A stretch of DNA of 64,000 bases. Source: Pelagomonas calceolata (lineage: Eukaryota). The notes beneath the pieces are model-generated. The model saw only the letters and a program-made list of their open reading frames with translations, was not told the origin of the DNA and searched no databases. Location of the stretch: contig CAKKNE010000005.1 in assembly GCA_918797485.1 (NCBI GenBank), forward strand, positions 496,001 to 560,000, read 5' to 3'. The position numbers and the translations under genes were made by a program. Numbering within the stretch: the first letter of the stretch is position 1; each line of letters starts with the position of its first letter. Below are positions 9,240 to 18,904 of the stretch, in pieces.

Positions 9240-10776
9240 CTAGGCCGCGGCGGCTGCCTGTGGAGGCCGCAGGGCCGCGAGCCCCGGGCACGCCGCGAGT
9301 TCCAGCTGCGTGAAGTCGAAGAGCGGCGGCAGCGCCGGGCCGCCGCCGTTCTCGTCGCAGCGCGCGCCCGCGACTTTGAGTTCGTCGAAGAAGCCGTGCG
9401 CCAGCGCGTTCAGGGGCTTCACTCGTTTTACCGGAGCGTAGGCCAGGAAGGTCGCGACGCAGTCGACGGCCTTCGCGGGAGTTCGCGACCGAAACACCTT
9501 CGCCCAGGCGTGCGCTCTTATTTGAGGGAACTTGAACTCCGTGTACGACGCGTTCATCTCCCGGATGTCATCCCGCGACGGCGTGCCCAGCACCTTGATG
9601 ATTTCCACGAGCTGATCAACTCCCGAGTCCCCGGGAAACAGCGGCGCGCCCAGCAACAGCTCCGCAAAAACGCAACCGGACGACCAGACGTCGATGGCCG
9701 TCGTGTACTCCGTGCTCCCAAAGATCAGCTCCGGCGCGCGATAGTAGCGAGAACATATATAAGACACGTTCGGCTCGCCCGGCACCAAAACTTTCGCAGA
9801 CCCAAAGTCAATGAGCTTCACGACATGAGTTTTGGGATCTAATAACAAATTCTGGGGCTTGATGTCGCGGTGGCAGATCCCAGCCGCGTGAATTTGCCCC
9901 AGCGCTCGACAGAGCTGCCACACATAAATCCGCGCATGCGTCGTCGGTAAGGGCGTCTTCGCCTTCTGCCAGGCCCTCGCGACGCCGTAGACGGTGTCGG
10001 GCATGTACTCCAGGACTAAATTCAAGTACACTTCGTCGTCTGACCTCTCCCCAGAACTATAGAACTGGTGCTGCAATTGAATCACATTGGGATGAGGCTC
10101 GCTCCGCAACTGCTTCATGATATGTAATTCCCGGTTCTTGAAGCGCTTGTCCTGGAGCACTTTTTTGATTGCGACCACTGCTCCGGTCTCGACGATCGTC
10201 GCTCGGAAGACAACCCCAAAGCTCCCGTTCCCGATGATCTGCTCGGCATTGAACTGCCACTGCTTCCCATCAATCACTTCGCCGACATTTGGGGCGGCGG
10301 CTCGCGCCGCGGCGCCGTCCGCACCGTCACCTCGCCGTCCATTCCTTTGTGGTTGCTGCCGCGCGAGCTGGTCCACTGCCGAAGAGGAGACGTCGCGCCG
10401 CCGGCTCGACTCGGCTTGCCTGTGCGTTGAAGGGTCGGTTTTGCTGCTTTCTGCTCTCGCGTCCTCTTCGCGCGATGGCGGCGTCCGCAGCGGTTCGCGA
10501 GGCCGCTCCCGGTGTCCCAGAGGCCGGGCGCCGCCCAGGGGGCGCAGCAGCGAATGGGAGGGTGAGTTTTTCTGCTTCTTCTCCCGGGCGCGCCTTCGGG
10601 TTTCGCCGCGTCGCGCGGGTTGGGCGCGCCCAAATCGCTGCTATGCGCTGGGTTGGGGGCGTGCTGGGATTGTATCGCGGGTGAGCGGCGCCAGCGCGCG
10701 TCCGGACCCGAATCTCAGCAGGACTGGCCCATTAATCTTCTCCAAAGACACGGGCCTCGTACCTTACATCTGCCAT
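9240..10776 (-). CDS. GSK3: Glycogen synthase kinase 3 / Shaggy-like kinase; probable micro-exon 10763-10776, intron 10420-10762, exon 9240-10419
   Basis: Motifs [52 protein letters not shown]. There is no in-frame ATG upstream of the kinase domain unless ATGGCAGATGTAAG|gtacg...cacag is spliced, and that splice joins in frame. Confidence 0.93.
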
Positions 10777-11191
10777 GAGCACCAGCGCCGCGCGCTCTGA
10801 CAGAGGACCTCCGTGCGCGGCGCGTGCCGCCGGGACCCAGCGAACGCAGGCGCCGCTCCCGGGGCTCGCCTCGCGCAAGGAGGGCGGGCACGCGGCTCCG
10901 CGTGAGGCGCAGTTGCGATACATCCTCCGGCGGTACTGGTCCGAAGGCTCGGCGCGAAGGCGTGGAACCGACCTTGTTTTCTAGATCCGCATACCCGCAC
11001 ATTGAGGCCCTGATTTTGGGGCATGCCTCCGGCCGCGTGCGAGCCCCATACTCACCTGCAGCAAGTGCACAAAGCGTGTTCGACGTCGCGGACCCAACGC
11101 GCAACGAGCTAACGACAGTTCTTGCATTCATTTGACCAGCAGTGACTCTGCTGCTGCCAGTGTGCAGCGTCTGCTGGGCACGCATAGCTGC

Positions 11192-11842
11192 ATGCGAGCC
11201 CTCGCCGTCGTCGCGGGAGCTGCAGCGGTGCAGCGCACGACAGCTGCAGCGGTGCAGCGCACGTCAATCCGCGGCCATGCCGTGCGCCGCGTCGACGGCA
11301 TCGACGGGCTGTACGTCTACGCTGTCGCGTACGGTGGTGGCAGCGATGGCACCCCGCACGACGCATTATCAACACAACTCTGGCCATCAGCACGGATCGC
11401 TGGAGGCCTCCTCGCCGACGCGGCGCCGGCATCGATGGTCGAGATCGGCTGCGGTCTCGCGCTGCCCAGTCTGGCGGCCGCGCGCGCCGGCGTTTCTGTC
11501 CTCGCGACAGACCGCGACTCTGTCGCGCTGGATTTTGTGAGTGCAGCTGCCGCGGACCAGGGCCTCGACGTCTCAACTCAGCTCTTCGACGTAGAAGATG
11601 AATCCTCACCCTTGCCGCCCGGAGAACTCGTAGTGATCGCGGACGTTTTTGTGACGGATCCCGTCGCCGAGGCCTGCGCCGCGCGCTGCGAGGAGGCGCT
11701 CCGGCGCGGCTCGGACGTCCTCGTCGTCGCGGCCGCGCGGTCGACGCGTGACGCGTTCCTGGGGGCGCTCGGCAGAGGCTCCTTCGGTCCCGCACCGGCG
11801 CGGCTAGATGGGCTGTCGCTGGTGGATGGTGGGGCTGGATAA
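11192..11842 (+). CDS. SAM-dependent methyltransferase (Methyltransf_16 / lysine methyltransferase-like)
   Basis: QLWPSA, VEIGCGLALPSLAAARAG, VLATD and VIADV motifs. Confidence 0.8.
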   Translation: MRALAVVAGAAAVQRTTAAAVQRTSIRGHAVRRVDGIDGLYVYAVAYGGGSDGTPHDALSTQLWPSARIAGGLLADAAPASMVEIGCGLALPSLAAARAGVSVLATDRDSVALDFVSAAAADQGLDVSTQLFDVEDESSPLPPGELVVIADVFVTDPVAEACAARCEEALRRGSDVLVVAAARSTRDAFLGALGRGSFGPAPARLDGLSLVDGGAG

Positions 11843-12117
11843 TTGTCTGTCTATCGTCTGGATATTGTTCGGGTTGTACGGGTTTTTCGCGTCGATTTGG
11901 AAAGTTCCTCATTTGTGCCACATCTGCGCTCATCACGACGCGCTGCGACGTTCTTTTGCTTGCAACAGCAGTGGTTACCGTTCCGCAAGTCGTCTTAGCT
12001 GCAGGAACTCCCTGTGTAGCTAGGGCCTCTCCACAGCTTAAACTCTCCACAGCTTGCGCCAGCGGCGTCGCCCGCACGACACAGATTACCACTACCGCGC
12101 ACGCTCGCCTCGCGACC

Positions 12118-12426
12118 ATGGCCGACGCCGACCCGCCCCAGCAGAAGAAATCCTTTTGGGAATCTGTCACCCACGGCGCCAAGAAGGGCGCGAGCGCGGC
12201 CAAGAAGACGGCCGAGAAGTCGAAATTACAAGCGGAGATCGTTATGCTGAAGCAGCAAATCAAACAAGCGAAGCAGGGCATGGGCGTCGCAATTTATGAT
12301 GCGTTATCCCTCGCGAACGAAGCGGAAGTCCAGCGCGTGTTTGAGAGTGCGAAGGGACGCGTAGATGAACTCGAGGCGAAGATCACGGAGAAGAACGGGC
12401 GCATCGAGGAGCTCGGCTACAAGTGA
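12118..12426 (+). CDS. Small coiled-coil hypothetical protein
   Basis: ATG in ACC-ATG-G context; K/E/A-rich helical 102-aa ORF with GC3-biased codons. Confidence 0.65.
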   Translation: MADADPPQQKKSFWESVTHGAKKGASAAKKTAEKSKLQAEIVMLKQQIKQAKQGMGVAIYDALSLANEAEVQRVFESAKGRVDELEAKITEKNGRIEELGYK

Positions 12427-12735
12427 CGCGCCGCCGCCGCGCGCCCGCCGCCGCGCGCTCCTGTGCATTGTTTCTCGCGTCTCCGCTGAGAGGTCTTCCT
12501 CGTGTAATCCAGTTTTCTTCCGACGAAGATTTTACGTATCCGGTTGCGGAAAGGCCTCCGCGCGGTTCATCCTCCGACCCGTCGCCGAACAAAACGGGTT
12601 TTGCAGGGCCATTTTTTTTTGCTCTCATTTTATGCTCTCACGCGGCGCTTGCGGCGCTTGATTGATACTCCGCAGTCAGCGTTGTATAAAAATAAGCCAT
12701 TTCGCTAGAGCGCGTGTACAAATAAATTATTATTC

Positions 12736-13389
12736 ATGGCTGAGGCTCAGTGGCTGACCTTTGATGCGGACGAGGAGGGCAAGCTTACGTCAAGCGGGTG
12801 GAAGCGCCGGTACGGTAGGCTCGAGTTGTGGCGTTTCGACAACGATTACTGGAGCCGGCCCGGCGGGAACCCGCACGTGAATGACGAGGGGAAGTTGCGG
12901 AACGTCAGGTTGTACGGGTCGGACAAGGCCGCGCTCCACAAGGACAAGTGGGACGCCGAGCACGCCATCTTCGACGCGAGGCAGCGGACCTCGGAGACGG
13001 CGGTCTATGGGTACGGCGCGGGCGGCGCGCCCAACGACAGCCCGTCGCCGAAGGGCATCCGCGAGCAGCTGCTGCTCGTCCTCTCGCGGCGCCTCGCCGA
13101 TCCCGCGACTTTGTCGACGCTCCCGCGGCTGGTCTCGGCCCTCCGCGGGCAACTCTGGGCGAAGTTCTCCGAGTACGTGGAGGAGCGCGTCGACATTCTG
13201 GAGTGTCACTGGGCCTGCGACGACGCGCTCATTGACGAGATCCAAGCCAAGGTCATGCGCGCGAACATCGACAGCGAGTACGGCAAGAGCGTCGATAACC
13301 CCGCGGAGTGGGAGCACTCGCTCGACTACTTCTGGGACTTCCACGGCCCGAACCCCAACCCGACGACCGGCTACCAGGCCGACTACTGA
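12736..13389 (+). CDS. Hypothetical protein (217 aa)
   Basis: ATG follows an AT-rich leader. Strong GC3 bias and a globular, W/D-rich composition. Confidence 0.65.
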   Translation: MAEAQWLTFDADEEGKLTSSGWKRRYGRLELWRFDNDYWSRPGGNPHVNDEGKLRNVRLYGSDKAALHKDKWDAEHAIFDARQRTSETAVYGYGAGGAPNDSPSPKGIREQLLLVLSRRLADPATLSTLPRLVSALRGQLWAKFSEYVEERVDILECHWACDDALIDEIQAKVMRANIDSEYGKSVDNPAEWEHSLDYFWDFHGPNPNPTTGYQADY

Positions 13390-13447
13390 GAGCCCGCGCG
13401 CTCGCACCCAGTAAGTACCTTCGTATGACAATCACCACACAACTTAC

Positions 13448-14536
13448 TCACGCCCGCCGCTCGAAGAACCCGTCCGGCGCCACGTCATCGCCGCGCATGA
13501 ATGTCACGGCGGCCGCCGCGAGCGCCGCGTGCGCGAGCGACGGATCCACGGGCCCGGCCGCCGGGATCACGCTGGATAGGGGCCGCATGACCCAGGGCGG
13601 CGCCCACAACGGCGCGTCCACGAAGTTGCCGTGGAACGCGCCGCGGCAGTGGAACGTCGCGCCGCACCGGACGCCGGCGGCATCATATTCGTCCGAGGTG
13701 AAGGATACCGTGCGCGCGGCCGCCTCCGACGCGTAGCCCATGCCGAGCGCCGGGTCGTGGAGCACGAAGCCGGCGCACGCGAAGCGCGACGCGGCCAGCA
13801 GCGCGGACGGGCCGCCGTAGCTGTGGCCGCCGAGGAACGTCTCGCCGAGCGGCGGCAGGCCGTCGGCGCCGCGCAGCGCCTTGGCGACGTCCACGAGCTC
13901 GTCGGCCCGGCGGTCCAGTTGCTCGCGCCGCGAGAGCCGCCCGGGCGCGAAGGGCAGCGCGGTCCCGTCCTCCAGCACGGTGTTCGACGCGGTGCCGTCC
14001 GTGTGCTCGACGGCCGCGACGACGGACCCGGCCGCGGCGACCTCGCTCAGGAAGTACGAGGCCATGTCCGCGTTGCCGCCGAAGCCGTGCGAGTAGACGA
14101 GCAGCGGCAGCTTAGTCGCCACGGGCGCCGCGTCGAGCCCGCAGCCCGACGGCGCGTCCGCGAGGTGCGCCAAGAGGAACGCGAGCCCGAGCTGCCTGAA
14201 GCCGACGAGGCCCGCCATGCCGTCGCTCGTCGCGCGTCCGTCGAGGCAGTAGGGCGCGTCTTCCGGCGCGGGCGCCGCCGCGGGATAAAAGATCTTCACG
14301 CGGCACGAGCCCGAGCCGTCGCTAGCGGGGACGCGTGCGACGCGACACCCGACGGGCCTCGGCAGCGCCGGCGCGCGGGGCTGGCCGACGACGGCGAGCG
14401 CGGCGCCGCCGCGGAAGGCGGCGACGCCGCCCAGCGGCAGCGCTAACGTTCGCAGCGCCTCGGCGCGCGACACGTCCGGGAGAGTTAGGGCGGTTGCTCT
14501 GCTAGCTACGACGAGGAGAATTGCGCACCGCATCAT
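13448..14536 (-). CDS. Alpha/beta hydrolase, PAF-acetylhydrolase-like, with a targeting leader
   Basis: KIFYPA, PLLVYSHGFGG, VAAVEHTDGTAS and the nucleophile elbow GHSYGG. Confidence 0.85.
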   Translation of the reverse strand: MMRCAILLVVASRATALTLPDVSRAEALRTLALPLGGVAAFRGGAALAVVGQPRAPALPRPVGCRVARVPASDGSGSCRVKIFYPAAAPAPEDAPYCLDGRATSDGMAGLVGFRQLGLAFLLAHLADAPSGCGLDAAPVATKLPLLVYSHGFGGNADMASYFLSEVAAAGSVVAAVEHTDGTASNTVLEDGTALPFAPGRLSRREQLDRRADELVDVAKALRGADGLPPLGETFLGGHSYGGPSALLAASRFACAGFVLHDPALGMGYASEAAARTVSFTSDEYDAAGVRCGATFHCRGAFHGNFVDAPLWAPPWVMRPLSSVIPAAGPVDPSLAHAALAAAAVTFMRGDDVAPDGFFERRA

Positions 14537-14757
14537 GCTTCGGACAGGTGACGGATAACTGCGCAAATGGTCATCCAGTCACAACTCAGCGGCTGACTGG
14601 GCAGTGGCTGCACTGACTGTGGAGACGTTTAGGCCTCAAAGTCTTGGAGGCAGCGGCAACACACCGTTGTCTGAGTCTCGCACGCGAGAGGATTCGGCAG
14701 CTCAATGCTTTATTCACAGCGCTTTTCCAAAGTTTAGCAGACGACCCGGGATCTCAC

Positions 14758-14782
14758 GCTAGCGTTTATGTAAGACACTAGC
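14758..14782 (-). promoter_or_regulatory. Recurrent GCTAG-N-CTAGC upstream motif (25-bp variant)
   Basis: gctagcgtttatgtaagacactagc, between divergent genes. Confidence 0.6.
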
Positions 14783-14900
14783 AATCTACACGAAAAATCG
14801 ACCAAGCCTGACGCGAGGCGAGGCTGTCCTAGGGATTACCCATGGGGTCGTGAGACACACATAACGCTGTCCCAGACGCCCTCGACGAGCAAGGGCAGCC

Positions 14901-16434
14901 ATGCTCCTGCTGCTGCTCATCACCACAGCGACGGCCGAATTCCTCCGCGGCGCCACACATATACAACTGGCGGGCTGCAACGCCGACTGCGGCCGCCTCG
15001 AGGTCAAGCTGTCGGATGACGACGCCTGGCGCGCCGTGACTTCCAGTAATTGGACGCGGGCCGACGCGATCAAAACCTGCGCGCGGCTCGGGTTTGAGGA
15101 CGTCGCTTCCATCTCGTCGCCCTTCGCGGCCGCGGCGGCGCGCGGCGACCGCGCCGTCCTTGGATTTGATGGGAGCGTCCGGACGTGCGTTGGCGGCGAG
15201 TGTTCGATGCCAGCAGTTGGCGTCGCCTGCCGCGCGCGCGGTCCCGTCCGCGACACGGCCGCCGCCATGGCGCGCATCGACGCCTGGGCGCCTTTGAGAA
15301 GCGCGCGCCTGCGTGCGGCGCTAAGCGTCTCTGGTGAAGGCAATGCGACGTTGTCGGAGTTGACCGTATCCATAGATGATATAGAAGCGGCGCGTGCGTT
15401 ACCTTTTGATGGCGCGGATCGCCGAGATGCGCTCCGAGCGCAACGACGGACTATCGAGTTCTTGGAACGACATCCAAGGGCAGCGGCTGCTTTACAGAGA
15501 CTCCAAGCGCGAGGTTTACTCGAGGTCACGCCCATTGGCATCGTCCTGCGGGAGGGCACGTCTTCAGATGACGCGGAGCTCGCCTACGAAGCTTACTTAG
15601 CCTCGGACCCTAATGGTGATGTCCACTTCGAGATCGATGGTAAAAGGCGCCTGGTCCCTTCACCTTCCACAAACGACGCCGTCCTGGCACTGCGGCGGGA
15701 CGGCGTCGCGCGTATCCGGGATTGGGGCGTCCTCACCGATGGCATTGCAAAGAAAGCGACGCGGTCCCTCCAAGGCTCGCGGGAAACACTCTCTTCCACA
15801 TCAAACGGGCGCGTGGCGACGGCGCGGTATGCCGATAAACGTCTAGAGCGCTTCTTTCGTTCTATCAATGAGATCGCGTCGGGCTATCTGGGAGATGCGC
15901 AGCTCTCGGGCTACAAAGTCGTGCACATCGTCAGGCCCTGTGTGGAAATCAACTGCGTCTGCTCGATGGCGTGGGGGTCACGAAGGTCTCCGAACTCACT
16001 GGTTGATTTCCACACAGGACACGACGTCGTCCAACGACACCGAGAGTTACGTCGCGGGCCTCTGGCACCACGACCGCGTCGGTAATAGGTTGAAGGCCTT
16101 CGTGTTTCTGCACGACGTCGACTGCGACGAGGGCCATCCCACGGAGGTGGCCGTCGGGTCGCACCTATTGAACTATTACCGGACGGACGCGATGGGTGCT
16201 TCACGATTTAGTAATGACTACGTGCGCGACCATTACGAGGTCGCGAAGCTCTGTGGCTCGAAGGGCGGCGGGTTCGTCGTGGATACGCATACGCTGCACC
16301 GCGGCGCCGTCGAGGGGTCGTTGCCGCGGACGGTAGTCGTCGGCGAGTACCATTCTATCGGAAAATGCGCCGCCATGGACGCCCTGGGGTTGGGGCTGCC
16401 GTGCCCTTCCGGGGACCAGTTTCTTGTGTCGTAA
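14901..16434 (+). CDS. Secreted SRCR-like domain plus PhyH/2OG-Fe(II) dioxygenase-like protein; exons 14901-15929, 16018-16434
   Basis: Signal peptide; GRLEV...WRAV....WTRADAIKTCARLGF (SRCR). After the phase-0 intron: LWHHDR, LKAFVFLHDV, DTHTLHRG (HxD...H triad). Confidence 0.75.
15938..16017. mobile_element. Introner element (intron 15930-16017)
   Basis: Perfect TIRs ctgtgtggaaatcaac / gttgatttccacacag. Degenerate 8-bp TSD gtcaggcc / gacacgac (5 of 8 match). The donor GT lies exactly 8 nt before the TIR. Confidence 0.85.
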
Positions 16435-16704
16435 CCGTTGTTTAGTTGCTTTGCTTCGAGCTAGGCCGCCTAGCTACCCGGTCGACGCGCGGCGGAGAAA
16501 GCTGAGTGCTGCTTGACCGGACGCCCGTAAACCGTCGCCCCGTGTTAGCTCGGAGGCGCGGCGGGCGGCGACGACGGCGAGGGGGAGCAGGCCAGGTCCG
16601 CGTCGGGGCCGTCGTGGGATAGCGTTGTTACTCGGCGAGCGGTGGGAGCGCGGGGAGCGGATGGGGGGGGGGCGCTCTAGCATGCTCGCCGCCGACGCCG
16701 CTCC

Positions 16705-17478
16705 TCACGGCTCGCCGGTCGCCGTCGTGCAGGAGTAGTTGACGGTGCCGGTCGCGGGAATCGCGTACTCGTGGCCTGCGACGAGGGGCGCGTCGCGGCG
16801 ACGGCGTCGACCTCCGCGCGTCGACGCGACATGATCGAGGACGCCGCCGCGGACGCGCGACCTGGGCAGTCGTGCAGCATCCGCACCAGAACGCGCAGCA
16901 GCAGTCGTCGCATACCCCCTCCTCATCGCAGGTGCAGCACTGGGGGGGGATGTCGTACTTGTGGCGGATCACGTAGCGAATGTACCCGATGGCGCCGACG
17001 AACGATATCACCCATAAACAGTAGAAGATGTCCGAGATGGTAGCCAACGGCATGCCGCGGTTCGAGCTCCTGCCGTAGTAGTCGTAGCCGAGGCACGAGA
17101 AGACGATGATGACGACGTAGAGGAAGAAGAAGTAACCAATGATCTTCATGCAGCTGCCCTTGCGTTTTTCGGGGTCCTGCTTCTCGTACATCTGGCCTGT
17201 GCGTACGCTATCGAGCAGGCGTCGCGTCGATGGCGTGGTCGACGACTCGACGCGACGATTCAGCACGAAGGCGCCGTGAAATTTTGATTTATGCGCAGCA
17301 TCTTGCCGAGGATCACCGCGTCCGTGCAGCACCACATCGCCATGCAACACGTGCAGATGTGGCTGCAGCACGCACAGAGGCCGGACGTGAACTTGCCCTT
17401 CTTGTCGGGCTCGGGCACGGCGACGGCCGCGACGAGCGCCTCCGTGCTTTTTACGGGCTGGGCGGTCGTGACATCGGC
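16705..17478 (-). CDS. PLAC8 / Cys-rich membrane protein; introns 17197-17306 and 16776-16854; 5' start unresolved
   Basis: The spliced product reads KFTSGLCACCSHICTCCMAMWCC...LGQMYEK...IRYVIRHKYDIP...DCCCAFWCGCCTTAQVARHEY. Confidence 0.8.
17197..17298. mobile_element. Introner element (GC-AG intron 17197-17306 on the minus strand)
   Basis: TSD gcaagatg / gccagatg (7 of 8 match). Ends ctgcgcat...gtacgcacag. The internal aatcaaaatttcacggcgcc is shared with the 2238 element. Confidence 0.88.
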
Positions 17479-17702
17479 CTGCGTCGACGTGGGACGAGTC
17501 GCGGGCGCGAGCGGGGCGCGAGCCGCGCTTGGTTGTATTGCTTTTGGTAGGAGTGAGGTATGTCGAGAAAATCAAAGGGTTTCACCCAAAATTATGAAGC
17601 CGACGTGACACTGGGGCGACCATTGTTTCCCTCCGACACGCTATACCTCAGCAACTGGCGAGCTGACTTGTGTAGCCCTCAAAATGCCAAGATTTTGTGC
17701 TT

Positions 17703-17726
17703 GCTAGTGTCTTACAGGACGCTAGC
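17703..17726 (+). promoter_or_regulatory. Recurrent 24-bp upstream motif
   Basis: gctagtgtcttacaggacgctagc, between divergent genes. Confidence 0.7.
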
Positions 17727-17939
17727 TTGGTTTTTTGGTCCAGTCCACCCAGCTCGATCTAGCGCCTTGATTAGCAGCTAAACGTTTTAGTACAGCGATC
17801 GTATTGCATCGCGGCCCCATAACGCGCGCATACCCGCAGCAGTGAGCCGCACCGCTCGGTATATTACGAGCACACAACACAGCGACAGTGAGTGGATCCC
17901 AGCGCCCGCGCGAGGCGAGGCGCCACCGATAACCGCACC

Positions 17940-18746
17940 ATGCGCGCGTCGCTGGCCGCGCTGCGGCGCCGGCTCCCCGAGCGCAGACAGCTCTGGTCCG
18001 GCGCGTTAACGATGTTTTATACCGGCACACGGCCCGTCATGGTCTTCACAGCCGGCGCGCCGGGCGCGGGCAAGACCTACACCTTGCATCGCCTGTTCGG
18101 CCTCGAAAATGTTGAAATGTTAGATGCTGTTGATATGCTCGACCTGGACAGCGCGATGAAGCGCCATCCGGAGTACAGCGAGGAGCGGCCGGCGGAGCTC
18201 TACGGTAAAATCGACGCCTACAACTGGGCCAACGAGCGGGTCGAGAGGCGGTTCCAGAAGATGCTGCGGCAGCCTCGCAAGGAGGACGGCCGGGGGAGAT
18301 TTGTTTGTTTCGACGGCACGGGCACTCGCGTGAAGCGACAAATCCGTCGCATGCGGGAAGCGCGCGAGGCGGGGTTTGATGTGGTGCAACTCTACGTGGA
18401 AGTGTCCCTAGAAACGGCCTTGCGACGGAACCAACAACGAGACCGAACGGTGCCGGAAGAAGTGCTGAAGGAGTATCTCGATCGACTCGATTCTGCCGTA
18501 GAAGCCACGGTCCAGCACCCCGACGGCTTAGTAGATGCTGCTATCGCGATGAACAACGACCTGGATGATGATTTCAATACTGATTCTACGCGTTTTGGGC
18601 GACACGCCGAGTGGATCGCCTCCACGTCGCAGAAGCACGAGGCGCTCTTCGGCCGCGGCTGGCGGCACACGTTCGCGGGGCCGGAGGATCCCGGGCCGCC
18701 GCCACCGCTGGAGGAGGACGAAGAGGACTTCCGGGGGAGAACGTAA
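17940..18746 (+). CDS. Zeta-toxin / AAA_33-like P-loop kinase
   Basis: MVFTAGAPGAGKT, FDGTG and GFDVVQLYVEVSLETALRRNQQRDRTVPEE. Confidence 0.8.
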   Translation: MRASLAALRRRLPERRQLWSGALTMFYTGTRPVMVFTAGAPGAGKTYTLHRLFGLENVEMLDAVDMLDLDSAMKRHPEYSEERPAELYGKIDAYNWANERVERRFQKMLRQPRKEDGRGRFVCFDGTGTRVKRQIRRMREAREAGFDVVQLYVEVSLETALRRNQQRDRTVPEEVLKEYLDRLDSAVEATVQHPDGLVDAAIAMNNDLDDDFNTDSTRFGRHAEWIASTSQKHEALFGRGWRHTFAGPEDPGPPPPLEEDEEDFRGRT

Positions 18747-18904
18747 TCGTGGGCTTGTGTTTCTTTCTTTCTCCGCCGCGGGGCCGGTCTCCGCGCCTGC
18801 GTCGCCTTGATGGCGTGCGGGCGGCGCATACGCCATCGACGCTGTGACTAAGAGTTACACGAAGGATATACTTATAACCAAGCACGACCGAAAAAAACAC
18901 AATT

